From the IMG/VR virus record IMGVR_UViG_3300042009_000026, positions 253,368 through 317,367 of that record: a DNA stretch of 64,000 nt; one strand, 5' to 3'. Made by a program: the position numbers and the translations under genes. Below are positions 40,558 to 49,686 of this stretch, one piece after another. Origin of the DNA: a virus (Duplodnaviria; Heunggongvirae; Uroviricota; Caudoviricetes). The notes beneath the pieces were generated by a model. It saw only the letters and a list, made by a program, of their open reading frames with translations. It made no database searches and was not told where the DNA came from. Each line of letters starts with the position of its first letter. Within the stretch, counting starts at the first letter, position 1.

Positions 40558-40576
40558 ATGTGATAAGGAGAATTAC

Positions 40577-40852
40577 ATGAACCGATCACTGTCGCGATGG
40601 CTTAGTTCTAATGAACAAGTTCATTATGTAGAAGAAGAAATACAGGAACTGGTGAATAAACCATTAGATCCTCAAGCAGCAAAGATCCATGAAGATAATG
40701 AACAAGTGGCTAAAGGTGGAATGAGAACATTAATTTCTACTGCCGATCTACCTAAGAATCCTAAAGAGGGTGAAGGCTATCAAGTACGTGACCAATTCTG
40801 GACATGGGCTAATGGTCGGTGGATGACACTAGAAGGACTATACGGGCATTGA
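40577..40852 (+). CDS. Hypothetical protein
   Basis: SD TAAGGAG. Confidence 0.7.
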   Translation: MNRSLSRWLSSNEQVHYVEEEIQELVNKPLDPQAAKIHEDNEQVAKGGMRTLISTADLPKNPKEGEGYQVRDQFWTWANGRWMTLEGLYGH

Positions 40853-40878
40853 TTCCCTTCGGGGAATCTTTATGCCGT
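40851..40878 (+). terminator. UUCG hairpin followed by TATGCCGT
   Basis: GATTCCC-TTCG-GGGAATC-TT-TATGCCGT. Confidence 0.75.
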
Positions 40879-40890
40879 CACTGCAAAATA

Positions 40891-40916
40891 TTTCAAATCT
40901 ATATTACTGTAGTGAA
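40891..40916 (+). promoter_or_regulatory. phiKZ-type early promoter
   Basis: TTTCAAATC-TATATTAC (40900-40907). Confidence 0.8.
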
Positions 40917-40940
40917 TCCATCCAGCCGAAAGAGTTTGTT

Positions 40941-41768
40941 ATGCGTATTGACACACATACCTTGCAACGTATGTTCACTTCGATTCAAATGGGTCGTCCG
41001 ATTGGGCATGTCGATGGTTACTTGATCCAACATGAAACCATGTACAACGGTCAAGAAACCCGTTACTCGCTTCGCTGCATTGCTCCAACAACAAAGGGCC
41101 GATTAGTTTGGCAAGTGTGGATGATCCCTAACCGTAAACCAACGGTTGCAGATATCGATCTCACCTGTAAGAACCGTTCGTTCAATAAATCGCAACTGCG
41201 TGAACACGATGGTTTGTGGTTTTTCGATCCAAGTGAAGTTATCACATTTTCACCTGTTCTGGGCCATGGCGCCGGTTTCGGTGGCGTTATTGTCGGTGGC
41301 ATGTATCAACAACCACAAACCAATCAATCACAATACGGCGGATTGCAATTCGGTCAACCTGGTTTTATACCTAATCCCGGCATCAATCCACAGTTTGCTC
41401 CTCCAACTAATCCCTATTTTCAGCAACCACGTATGGATCAGATAGGTGGAGCACGTCAGAACACATTCACGTTCGATCCAAAGCATGTAGCTAAACAAAC
41501 ACGTACCTCTCTATTAACAGAAGACGGTATGATTGAGCTTAACCGCTTAGTAATAGCCTTTAACAAAGAACTTGTTACTAAGTCGAAGTGGGTTATCAAT
41601 GAAGACCGCAATGACTTGTTCAACACTTTCTATGGTGATCCACAGTTCGCTTCTGCTGCTGATCGTATCATCGCGTTCAAAATGCTGTTAGATATTCCGG
41701 TAGCACAAAGTTTCATTGTCGTAGCTTCTGACCTTGAAGAGTTCACCATCACTGTTCGTATGCCATAA
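40941..41768 (+). CDS. Early protein with central Q/P/G/N-rich low-complexity segment
   Basis: Start moved to ATG 40941, downstream of the early promoter. Confidence 0.7.
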   Translation: MRIDTHTLQRMFTSIQMGRPIGHVDGYLIQHETMYNGQETRYSLRCIAPTTKGRLVWQVWMIPNRKPTVADIDLTCKNRSFNKSQLREHDGLWFFDPSEVITFSPVLGHGAGFGGVIVGGMYQQPQTNQSQYGGLQFGQPGFIPNPGINPQFAPPTNPYFQQPRMDQIGGARQNTFTFDPKHVAKQTRTSLLTEDGMIELNRLVIAFNKELVTKSKWVINEDRNDLFNTFYGDPQFASAADRIIAFKMLLDIPVAQSFIVVASDLEEFTITVRMP

Positions 41769-41781
41769 GCAGTAGAATAAA

Positions 41782-41807
41782 ACTCAGATCTATATTACTG
41801 TACTGCA
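41782..41807 (+). promoter_or_regulatory. phiKZ-type early promoter
   Basis: ACTCAGATC-TATATTAC (41791-41798). Confidence 0.8.
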
Positions 41808-41839
41808 TCACCCCCAATCAATCAAAGGAAACAATTGCA

Positions 41840-42262
41840 ATGACCGACGTATCCAAAATCCAAGCTGCTGCCTATTCCGAAAAACATGGTCTGGGCGAAA
41901 AGATCACCATGTCCCCTCAGGGTATTTATGCTATCCCTACGGATCTGGCACAAGTATTGGTTCTCGATCCACTGAACGTATCTGCGGATACTTATAAGAA
42001 GATCGAAAAGGGTTTCGCTGAACTGAATGGCGGTGTGCTCTATACCACTGGTAATCTGGCAGTTGATCATTTCAAGAACAATGCCGATGCTCAGGAAGTT
42101 GGTTTCAATTATCAGCTGGGTTCGATGACTACCGTTAGCGGTATCTTCAATCGCGATGCTAAAGATCACACTGTTCTGGCAATCGAAACCAAGTATAAGA
42201 CTGCCGACATGAAGCGTGTCCTGTCTTATCTGGGTGATGAATTCGCAAACATCAACTCGTAA
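41840..42262 (+). CDS. Hypothetical early protein
   Basis: SD AAAGGA. Confidence 0.75.
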   Translation: MTDVSKIQAAAYSEKHGLGEKITMSPQGIYAIPTDLAQVLVLDPLNVSADTYKKIEKGFAELNGGVLYTTGNLAVDHFKNNADAQEVGFNYQLGSMTTVSGIFNRDAKDHTVLAIETKYKTADMKRVLSYLGDEFANINS

Positions 42263-42585
42263 TGACCACTGAGCAATATTCTGCCTATTTGGGAGTGATG
42301 GATCTCGTCCATAAAGCGAAGCGTAAACCAGAGGCCTATGTCTGGTTTACATTCACTCGCGTAGGTGATCGGATTAGTCTGAGCTGGCCTGTCCAGCCTT
42401 ACATTGATGGCCCTCGGCGATATGGACCAAATCCACGCTGGTATAAAGGTGTTCGTGATGCGTATTTACGCCTGAAGAAAAACCAAACTATTCACCATGT
42501 AAAAGTTGTTGGCCCAGTACCGACGATGCGCAGTCCGTACTTCAGGGGCGATAGCTATTACTTTGAAGAGATGCAAAAGAAATGA
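42262..42585 (+). CDS. Hypothetical protein (paralog of ORF 42582)
   Basis: TAATG coupling; WF...PV...V.V.GP pattern. Confidence 0.7.
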   Translation: MTTEQYSAYLGVMDLVHKAKRKPEAYVWFTFTRVGDRISLSWPVQPYIDGPRRYGPNPRWYKGVRDAYLRLKKNQTIHHVKVVGPVPTMRSPYFRGDSYYFEEMQKK

Positions 42586-43007
42586 AGTTACCAGATATCA
42601 GTGGCATGGAACGTGCTAGAGCGTGGGCGCGGATACAACATACCCTCAAACAAGAACAAAACCAATTGCCGCCAGGCCATGGTATCTGGTTCAACTGGTA
42701 TCATTATGCCGAAGAGAAGCGCCATTATATCTGCTGTCCTGTTAATTACAAGATCAAGAATTTTGGTGGCGGTACCGATGATGAACTCCGCAAGAAGCAG
42801 CTCGATGCATCTCGTCGGTTCAACCAACGTGGATTTACTGCTGTCCGTGTGACTGGACCAATCGCTAACAGTCACCAAGCACAATTCGCAAAGAAACGTG
42901 AAGCTGCGTTTTGGGAACAGAACCAACGCAATCTCGATGCTGAATGGGAAGCTAACCGCAAACGCGAAGGCTTTCGTATTCTAACACCAGAAGAAATTGA
43001 TTTTTGA
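42582..43007 (+). CDS. Hypothetical protein (paralog of ORF 42262)
   Basis: ATGA coupling; same pattern. Confidence 0.7.
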   Translation: MKLPDISGMERARAWARIQHTLKQEQNQLPPGHGIWFNWYHYAEEKRHYICCPVNYKIKNFGGGTDDELRKKQLDASRRFNQRGFTAVRVTGPIANSHQAQFAKKREAAFWEQNQRNLDAEWEANRKREGFRILTPEEIDF

Positions 43008-43021
43008 TTAAGGAACATGTA

Positions 43022-43183
43022 GTGGAAGGCGATGGCACTGTTCTCTCAGTATGTGAGTTGTGGCTAATCTGTACGTGCGCGTATGATACCCATACTTACA
43101 ATACAGCCCGCGACTTATGGGACCATGTCAGTAAATCAAATACCCTTGTATCAATCCGTGTAACGAAGAAGGAATCAAAATGA
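43022..43183 (+). CDS. 53-aa hypothetical protein (not in ORF track)
   Basis: TAAGGA SD, GTG start, ATGA coupling with the next gene. Confidence 0.5.
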   Translation: MEGDGTVLSVCELWLICTCAYDTHTYNTARDLWDHVSKSNTLVSIRVTKKESK

Positions 43184-43347
43184 ATTGCCGTACTCCTTAC
43201 CTGATGACTGATAAATTCGGTAGCATCTTGTGCAATGACTTGGGTGCACCATTCCATGTGCGTGAAGCTGCAGCGCAACGTCTGGAAACCCGTATTGAAC
43301 GCGGTACCATTCAGACCGTCACCGTCATGAAACGACGGATGCTCTAA
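43180..43347 (+). CDS. 55-aa hypothetical protein (not in ORF track), paralog of ORF 43347
   Basis: AAGGA SD; AAQRLETRIERGTIQTVTVMKRR. Confidence 0.65.
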   Translation: MNCRTPYLMTDKFGSILCNDLGAPFHVREAAAQRLETRIERGTIQTVTVMKRRML

Positions 43348-43571
43348 TGCAGGTAATCAATCCAATTTCTGAAAGTACTATCTTGGAATCTGTATTCATG
43401 ATTGATAACGAATGGACTGTGCTAGGTGGTTTCACTCCCTGTGCTATGAAAGCAGCTGATCGTTTGTCAGATCGAATTGATCGCGGCAATATCGTGAAGG
43501 TTCAAGTAAAGAAGCGCGCTGTAATTACAGCGAAGGAAGTATTCGATGCCCTCCCCGAACTCCTTTCGTGA
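43347..43571 (+). CDS. Small hypothetical protein
   Basis: TAATG coupling; AADRLSDRIDRGNIVKVQVKKR. Confidence 0.65.
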   Translation: MQVINPISESTILESVFMIDNEWTVLGGFTPCAMKAADRLSDRIDRGNIVKVQVKKRAVITAKEVFDALPELLS

Positions 43572-44001
43572 GCAGATGCTGTATTTGCCCGATGTCATTG
43601 ATAAGATAAAAAGGCAAGCACATCAGTGTCAAACAATGCTGTTGCGCCGTTCTACCGGCATTAAGAAGATCGTGGTGAGTCATAAGACTCAACCACTTTA
43701 TGCTTGGGCTGTTTACATACATGACAACAAAGGAGAACACGACGGCTTTCATGTAGAAGGCCGACATCCTTTGAAAAGGCTGTATGGTAACATCTATACC
43801 GTATCATTCGAAGTTCCTCGCGGAGCACCGGTAGAACTCATCGTACATTGGAATGGTGGGCATGTAATGCTCGCCTGTCCTGGTCGTCCTTGGAAAGTTC
43901 ATGCGCAGATCGGAAAGTACCATCCTGAAGAAATGGAAACAGTTGGAAGACCAGACTACGGAAGAGAAAGCAATCCGGAGATCGTTGATCAAGCTACGTG
44001 A
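43546..44001 (+). CDS. Hypothetical protein
   Basis: AAGGA SD; same operon. Confidence 0.6.
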   Translation: MPSPNSFREQMLYLPDVIDKIKRQAHQCQTMLLRRSTGIKKIVVSHKTQPLYAWAVYIHDNKGEHDGFHVEGRHPLKRLYGNIYTVSFEVPRGAPVELIVHWNGGHVMLACPGRPWKVHAQIGKYHPEEMETVGRPDYGRESNPEIVDQAT

Positions 44002-44362
44002 ACACCTACGGGCTGAATCACGTAGCACTACAGGTGCTGTTACTCGTAAGGCACTGGTCGGTGGTCATCGGTTAGTCGTAATGATTACCAAGTCTGGTTG
44101 GGTGACAGTTGAATACCAGAATGGACGTATGCATTATTACGTTCGCATGGTTGATGATCGGATTGATTACCTGCATTTCAAATACGTTAAGCGTGATAAT
44201 AATTTCTATGCTGATCCAACCCAAGATGCGCTAGTAGAGGCATTGAAGAAAGGATTCAAGATCTGTTATCCACTGTACAACGTGAAAGCGAAAACAACTT
44301 CGGTAGCGACAACGACAAAACGTCTCTTGCCATCTGGCTACTCGGCAACAATTAATAGTTAA
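43901..44362 (+). CDS. Hypothetical protein (paralog of ORF 44373)
   Basis: LIKLREHL...G.VTR block shared with the next ORF. Confidence 0.65.
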   Translation: MRRSESTILKKWKQLEDQTTEEKAIRRSLIKLREHLRAESRSTTGAVTRKALVGGHRLVVMITKSGWVTVEYQNGRMHYYVRMVDDRIDYLHFKYVKRDNNFYADPTQDALVEALKKGFKICYPLYNVKAKTTSVATTTKRLLPSGYSATINS

Positions 44363-44372
44363 GGAAAGCTCC

Positions 44373-44801
44373 ATGAGTTCTCGTGAAAACCTGGCTGTAG
44401 AAAAGCTCCTGTTGAAACTGCGTCAGCACTTGTGGTGGGTGACCAAAGGTACCTCTGGTAATGTTACTCGTAACCTGACCCTCGATGGTCGGGTATACAA
44501 AATCAAAGTAACTGGTGCTGGTGCAATCAGGGTCGATATTACTCTTGGTACTACTGTGATCTACGGTTCGTGGAATGGTCGCGATAGCCTGGTGTATGGT
44601 GGTAGTGAACGTTTGATCGATGTTCGTGGTGAACGATCAGCTGTTACCAAACGAATTGATGACACTGTCGTTCTGCTATTGTTGCGTACGAACATCAAGC
44701 GTGCTTTCCCGGACTACAATAAGTCGTCTATCGCTTATGTGAAACCTAACACAAAGAAAGGTCGTCACCGTATGTTGTTCGGTGAGATCGTGTCTTACTA
44801 A
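44373..44801 (+). CDS. Hypothetical protein (paralog of ORF 43901)
   Basis: SD TAAGGA; LLKLRQHL...G.VTR. Confidence 0.7.
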   Translation: MSSRENLAVEKLLLKLRQHLWWVTKGTSGNVTRNLTLDGRVYKIKVTGAGAIRVDITLGTTVIYGSWNGRDSLVYGGSERLIDVRGERSAVTKRIDDTVVLLLLRTNIKRAFPDYNKSSIAYVKPNTKKGRHRMLFGEIVSY

Positions 44802-44851
44802 TAAAGAAATACCTATTCTGATAATAGAATAGGAACACTGCTGCAAAGTAC

Positions 44852-44885
44852 GGGTCCTTCGGGACCCAGTACCCAATTCTTTTTT
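44852..44885 (+). terminator. UUCG hairpin with T-rich tail
   Basis: GGGTCC-TTCG-GGACCC...TTCTTTTTT. Confidence 0.65.
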
Positions 44886-44904
44886 ATTCCAGAGGTTGTA
44901 CCCA

Positions 44905-45930
44905 ATGACTCAAGATGTTCAGTTCGTTGCTCCATTTGTTGTTCTCGAAGGTGATGAAGGTACTGGTAAAGGTACTGTTGCTAAGTTGGTCTGTGCTCAG
45001 CTCGCTGCTAAGAACATTCCGCACATCCATACCCGTGAACCAGGTGGTACTCAGCTCGGTGAACTCATCCGTGAACAACTGCTGCTGAAGCGTGACGAAC
45101 CACTCGAAAAGGTTACTCACATCCTGCTGCATCAAGCTTACCGTAAAGAACACATCGAGAAAGTAATTCAGCCTGCATTGCAATCCGGTGTCGTTGTTGT
45201 CTGCGAACGTTTCTTCATGTCTACTCTGGCACTTAACATCATGCCGTACATGGAAACGAACCAGGAACTGTATCAACTGTTCATGGATACCATGCCCCAC
45301 ATCGCTGGTGGTATCGTTGAACCTGTAACCTTCCTGCTCGATATCGAAGACGATGAAGTTCGTAAACTCCGTCTGGTAGGTCGTCATCTGGATGCATACG
45401 AATCTCGTACTCCGGAAGAACTGGCGGCTACTACCGCTGCCTACAAAATGTTCCAGAAGCATCCAACCGCTATTACTTTGGATGCCACCAAGAACCCAGA
45501 AGAACTGGCAGACCACATCGTTGCCCAGATCGAAGCTCAACTGGAACTGGCTAAGAAACAAGCTGCTGACTTTGCTGAACAAGAAGCCCGCGCCGGTTCT
45601 GAAGAACCGGTTGCTGAAGTTCCTGCTGAATTGGCTGTACTTGAACCACAAGAAGAGACTAAGCCTTTCGATCTGGTCCAAGCTGTAGAAGCCTTCTTGG
45701 CTGAAAACCTGGTACCAGCTCTGTTCAACCATGATGCTGATCAGGTAGCTAAGCACCTACCACTCGCTCGTAGCTATATCCTGTCGATCTATGGTCAAGT
45801 ACAAGACCCAAGTATCTTCGAAGGACATAGCCGTCAACAACTCCGTACCAACATGCACAGCATCTTCCACTACGGTCATCAAATGGACCTGCTCCGTGAG
45901 AAGATGGAAGCCACTCCAGCTGCCGAATAA
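44905..45930 (+). CDS. tmk: Thymidylate kinase with C-terminal extension
   Basis: EGDEGTGKGT P-loop, TREPGGT, CERF; ATG 44905 with GAGG SD. Confidence 0.9.
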   Translation: MTQDVQFVAPFVVLEGDEGTGKGTVAKLVCAQLAAKNIPHIHTREPGGTQLGELIREQLLLKRDEPLEKVTHILLHQAYRKEHIEKVIQPALQSGVVVVCERFFMSTLALNIMPYMETNQELYQLFMDTMPHIAGGIVEPVTFLLDIEDDEVRKLRLVGRHLDAYESRTPEELAATTAAYKMFQKHPTAITLDATKNPEELADHIVAQIEAQLELAKKQAADFAEQEARAGSEEPVAEVPAELAVLEPQEETKPFDLVQAVEAFLAENLVPALFNHDADQVAKHLPLARSYILSIYGQVQDPSIFEGHSRQQLRTNMHSIFHYGHQMDLLREKMEATPAAE

Positions 45931-45943
45931 CTAAGGAAACTCA

Positions 45944-46195
45944 ATGCAAGTCAGTAAGAAAACGATTGCTGTTCCAGTGTCCGCTACCGAGGACCTGGAC
46001 CAATACATCGGTCGTACATTCAGTACCAAGAAGAACGGCCAGGAAACTTTAGTCACTCTGGAGAAAGTCAAACGGCGTGACGTATACCTGTCTTACACCA
46101 AGGCAGATCGACAAGACCGTTTCACAGAGACACAAGCTAAGTTCCGTAAGTACTACTGCTTGTTGAAGACCGATAAGGTTGTAAGCGAAGTGTGA
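45944..46195 (+). CDS. Hypothetical protein
   Basis: SD TAAGGA. Confidence 0.7.
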   Translation: MQVSKKTIAVPVSATEDLDQYIGRTFSTKKNGQETLVTLEKVKRRDVYLSYTKADRQDRFTETQAKFRKYYCLLKTDKVVSEV

Positions 46196-46206
46196 CAAAC
46201 ATAAGT

Positions 46207-46230
46207 CCTCCCTTCGGGGAGGCTTTATTT
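46207..46230 (+). terminator. Intrinsic terminator
   Basis: CCTCCC-TTCG-GGGAGG-CTTTATTT. Confidence 0.75.
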
Positions 46231-46244
46231 CGTTAGGAGTTAAC

Positions 46245-46481
46245 ATGACTACAGAATTAGAACTAGATAAGACCTACGGTGTTTGGTACATTGCTAGCCG
46301 TACCAATAGGCTTATTACTACAACTACATGGTACCCTCCTTTGGCTACCGACTATGAGCAAATGGAGAAAGCAGGCTGGACGATTTATGCTTCACCAGCT
46401 CAAGCTATTGATGGCCATGGCAAACTGAAATGGTTTACTACCTTCCAACGAATTCCTATGGACCCTCCACATGCCTCTTAA
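46245..46481 (+). CDS. Hypothetical protein
   Basis: SD TAGGAG. Confidence 0.65.
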   Translation: MTTELELDKTYGVWYIASRTNRLITTTTWYPPLATDYEQMEKAGWTIYASPAQAIDGHGKLKWFTTFQRIPMDPPHAS

Positions 46482-46866
46482 CTGTACCCCCGTTCAAAAG
46501 CTTTATGAAGAAGTCATCGCAAGCTTTAATAAGCGACTGATTGAAAATGATAGCATCAGCTATTATATCACCGACCGTGGTTATAAGTTCATTTCTGACC
46601 TAGATCGGCGTTGCGTCAGTATGACACCTGCTAATCAACTGGGCAAGGTCGTATTTGAATTTGCTGATGGTGAAGCCAGCTGGGTACACAACATCCTCTG
46701 TGTTTGGGGTATGGATGAACCGGCTGAACGAATCGCTGATCGCATGCATATGTGGTTCTTCCAGGACGATGGCTTTATGTTCAACGTTCCGAAGAATGGC
46801 GAATTGGTTGCCCACTCTGTTAGTCGCCTAAAGGGAATGCATTCCCGTGGCCCAGTTAAGGAATAA
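46471..46866 (+). CDS. Hypothetical protein
   Basis: Start overlaps the previous gene; same operon. Confidence 0.65.
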   Translation: MPLNCTPVQKLYEEVIASFNKRLIENDSISYYITDRGYKFISDLDRRCVSMTPANQLGKVVFEFADGEASWVHNILCVWGMDEPAERIADRMHMWFFQDDGFMFNVPKNGELVAHSVSRLKGMHSRGPVKE

Positions 46867-46869
46867 AAC

Positions 46870-47541
46870 GTGTATCGCTTAATCGCATTGTTAGTTCTGT
46901 TGTTCTCCTTTGGTGTACAGGCTGCTGAGCCATTGCGTTATGTTGGCGTACCTGTATTTTACTCGAAGTTCGTACCGAAACTTGCACCGTGTACATTCAA
47001 TCCAGGATCAAGTTATGGTTTCTGTGGTTGGATGTTATACCCGGAAGAAGGTGAAGTCGGTGTAGCTACCATGGACAACAAAGTAAAGGAAGCATTCTTT
47101 ATTCGCCTTTACGATGAAGTTGTTTGTGTCAATGCGGTATGTGCAACCAATTACGGGGAACCTCGTGGAGCTATCGATGGTAAAGGGACTTCGTATTGGT
47201 ACGTACCAAAAGGGTTCTATTTGGTTAAACTAGCTGGGGCTATCAATGCGGTTAAATATGGTAATGGTCCGTTAGCTGATAAGTATCCCATCAGGGCTGT
47301 TAAAATCCTCCCTGAGTACAATGACATGCCTGATGGTAAGTATGTACCGGAAGATGAAGATAGTCTCTCCTATGACGTCTGGTGCAATGCTGGTAATGAA
47401 TGTAGTTACATGGGCCGAATCATGACCTTTACTGACCTTCGGAAATATATACCCCCTCGCATGACTCTATACTGCGATAAACGCTTCTGCTTTAATGAAG
47501 ACCAGCGCATTGCTGGGATCAATCCAAAATCGACTCTCTAG
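46870..47541 (+). CDS. Exported Cys-rich protein
   Basis: Sec signal peptide MYRLIALLVLLFSFGVQA; eight Cys in four close pairs. Confidence 0.7.
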   Translation: MYRLIALLVLLFSFGVQAAEPLRYVGVPVFYSKFVPKLAPCTFNPGSSYGFCGWMLYPEEGEVGVATMDNKVKEAFFIRLYDEVVCVNAVCATNYGEPRGAIDGKGTSYWYVPKGFYLVKLAGAINAVKYGNGPLADKYPIRAVKILPEYNDMPDGKYVPEDEDSLSYDVWCNAGNECSYMGRIMTFTDLRKYIPPRMTLYCDKRFCFNEDQRIAGINPKSTL

Positions 47542-47550
47542 AGAACCCAA

Positions 47551-48216
47551 GTGATCTGTGTCTACACAATTCGCCACCCCTTTACGGGGGTGTTTTATAT
47601 CGGTTGCACCGATGACTTTATCAGAAGACGAAGTCAGCATCTATCACTCCTACGTCGAGGACTTCATGTAAACTGCCTCTTGCAATATGCTTTTAATATG
47701 GACAGGGCATTGATTTGGGAAACAATCGAAGTAGAGACTATCGTAGAAGGACATGCTCTAGAAAGACGACTTATTCAGGATAATAAGAATAATCCAAAGA
47801 TAGCTAACCAAATAGGTGTAACAGGCCACACTGAGGAAACGAAAAATAAGATATCTCAAGCTCACATTGGTATAGGTCATACTGCCGAAACTAGGCAGCG
47901 TCTATCTGAGGCCCATAAAGGAGTAGCTAAATCTCCTGAGCATTGCAAGGCGATATCCGATGGAAGAATAGGTATATCCTTCACCGATTCCCATCGCGAA
48001 GCATTGTCAGTGTCGGCCATAGGAAGAATGAGAACATCAGAAAGCATTCAAAAGTCTGCTGAAGGCAATATGAAAAAGGTGATGATTGGAGATACCACTT
48101 ATAAAAGTATTGGCGATGCAGCAACTGCTAATAAGGTCAGTTTTAAAACTGTGGCGAGGCGTATTCGAAGTAGAGATGTAAAATGGAACCACTGGAAATA
48201 TGTAACTTCATCATAA
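47551..48216 (+). mobile_element. Free-standing GIY-YIG homing endonuclease with NUMOD3-like repeats
   Basis: CVY...FYIG..R..H; repeats GHTEETKNKIS, GHTAETRQRLS, KSPEHCKAIS; C-terminal HTH-like YKSIGDAA. Confidence 0.85.
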
Positions 48217-48239
48217 CGCTCCAAAAAGGAATTCCCTTA

Positions 48240-48587
48240 ATGGTACCTTGGCTTGAGCTTTTCTTCCTGTTGTGCATCGGTCATGCTTTTGCAGATTACC
48301 CAGTGCAAAGCGACTTCATCGCTAACGCTAAGAACCACACAACAGAACTCGGGCGAGTATTCTGGAAATGGGTTCTTCCTTCGCATGGCTTGATCCATGC
48401 AATGCCTGTGTACATAGTGACTGGATCTTTTGCATTGGCTTTTGCAGAGTTCCTAGCTCACTCGGTAATTGATTACCTGAAGTGCGATGGTAAGATTGGT
48501 TTCAATACCGACCAACTATTACATATCGGATGCAAGGTTCTGTGGGTAGTGCTGTTAGCTTTAGAGCTACCTTTCCTAATGGAATAA
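48240..48587 (+). CDS. DUF3307-like membrane protein
   Basis: GHAFADYPVQ, H..IH, H..ID..K, DQLLH motifs; AAGGA SD. Confidence 0.8.
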   Translation: MVPWLELFFLLCIGHAFADYPVQSDFIANAKNHTTELGRVFWKWVLPSHGLIHAMPVYIVTGSFALAFAEFLAHSVIDYLKCDGKIGFNTDQLLHIGCKVLWVVLLALELPFLME

Positions 48588-48593
48588 ACATAA

Positions 48594-48632
48594 AGCCTCC
48601 CTTCGGGGAGGCTCCTCTATTCTTTTTTTTTT
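48594..48632 (+). terminator. Intrinsic terminator
   Basis: AGCCTCCC-TTCG-GGGAGGCT then T-tract; preceded by ACATA. Confidence 0.75.
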
Positions 48633-48679
48633 GTTCAATCTCATGTAGCACATAAGAAACCCCATAAAAGGAGGGGGTC

Positions 48680-49162
48680 ATGGTTATCACGCACAATACC
48701 GTTGCAGAGATTGATGAGCAAACACTCAAAGGTCTCCCAATTGGATATTACGGAAAAGCAGACGATCTAACTGCGATTCCGCGGATGCTTGGCGATTGGA
48801 ACATTCGCACTATTGGAGATACACGTTGCCCAGGTACTGGGTACATTGTCTCTGTGCCATCAAATGCTAGGACTCGTGTGATCTACACGGAAGGGCGGAT
48901 GACATGGCTTAAAGCGCTGGGGTTTTCACAGGAGCTTGCAGCACGATATATCAGAGCCGGTATGGTTGTGAGTCGAAAGTGGGACCACGAAGTAGCGTTG
49001 TTTGTTTTAAACAACATCAAAATGGACGAGTTTGTGTTGGATCTAATGTTGCATAGTAACAACCCTAAAAAGGTTGGCGAGCAACATGACATCTTTACAC
49101 GAAGCCCTCGTGGGAAAGTGTTGGCCGGATGTCAGATCTTGAAGAACATACTGTCATTGTAA
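48680..49162 (+). CDS. Hypothetical protein
   Basis: SD AAGGAGG. Confidence 0.7.
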   Translation: MVITHNTVAEIDEQTLKGLPIGYYGKADDLTAIPRMLGDWNIRTIGDTRCPGTGYIVSVPSNARTRVIYTEGRMTWLKALGFSQELAARYIRAGMVVSRKWDHEVALFVLNNIKMDEFVLDLMLHSNNPKKVGEQHDIFTRSPRGKVLAGCQILKNILSL

Positions 49163-49164
49163 TT

Positions 49165-49191
49165 GAGCCTCCCTTTGGGGAGGTTTTATTT
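49165..49191 (+). terminator. Intrinsic terminator
   Basis: GAGCCTCCC-TTTG-GGGAGGTTT-TATTT. Confidence 0.7.
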
Positions 49192-49232
49192 CGCCTTATT
49201 AGTATGATCAATATTTTATCAAGAGAACCCAA

Positions 49233-49667
49233 ATGGCCAACCACTTCATAGATTGTGAATTCGAAGACTCTACCCGTACGCTGTTGTCCCTCGCTATTGT
49301 AAGTGAGTGTGGACAACGTGAATTCTACGAGGTTTTGCCTTACACCCAAGTACAAGAACAATGGGTACGTGAAAACGTAATTCCTATATTGCAGAAAGCA
49401 CCAATCTCATACGAACAGTTCCAAGCGAAACTGGAAACATACATGCTGCAGTTTCCTGGTATGACGATCATTGCTGACCATATAAATGACATTGCTTACT
49501 TTAGTCGTGCTTTAGATAAAGGCATGGGTAAGCGCATTCGAATCCAACCATTAATAATGATTGTTGACGACGAACTGTCTGCTAAGAAATCCAAGATTTT
49601 GCACAATGCCCTTTTCGATGCTCGAGCTATCCGTGATAGTTTTCTTGCCCGCGAAGGTCTGACTTAA
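49233..49667 (+). CDS. DEDDh-family 3'-5' exonuclease (RNase AS-like)
   Basis: FIDCEF (ExoI), ADH..D, HNALFDA (ExoIII). Confidence 0.8.
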   Translation: MANHFIDCEFEDSTRTLLSLAIVSECGQREFYEVLPYTQVQEQWVRENVIPILQKAPISYEQFQAKLETYMLQFPGMTIIADHINDIAYFSRALDKGMGKRIRIQPLIMIVDDELSAKKSKILHNALFDARAIRDSFLAREGLT

Positions 49668-49686
49668 CACCTACTGGAAGTATCAC

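Noticed and set aside
43901-44001. A third programmed frameshift at the 100-nt overlap of ORFs 43546 and 43901
   Set aside because: The downstream frame is +1 and has its own ATG; no phased slippery heptamer was found.
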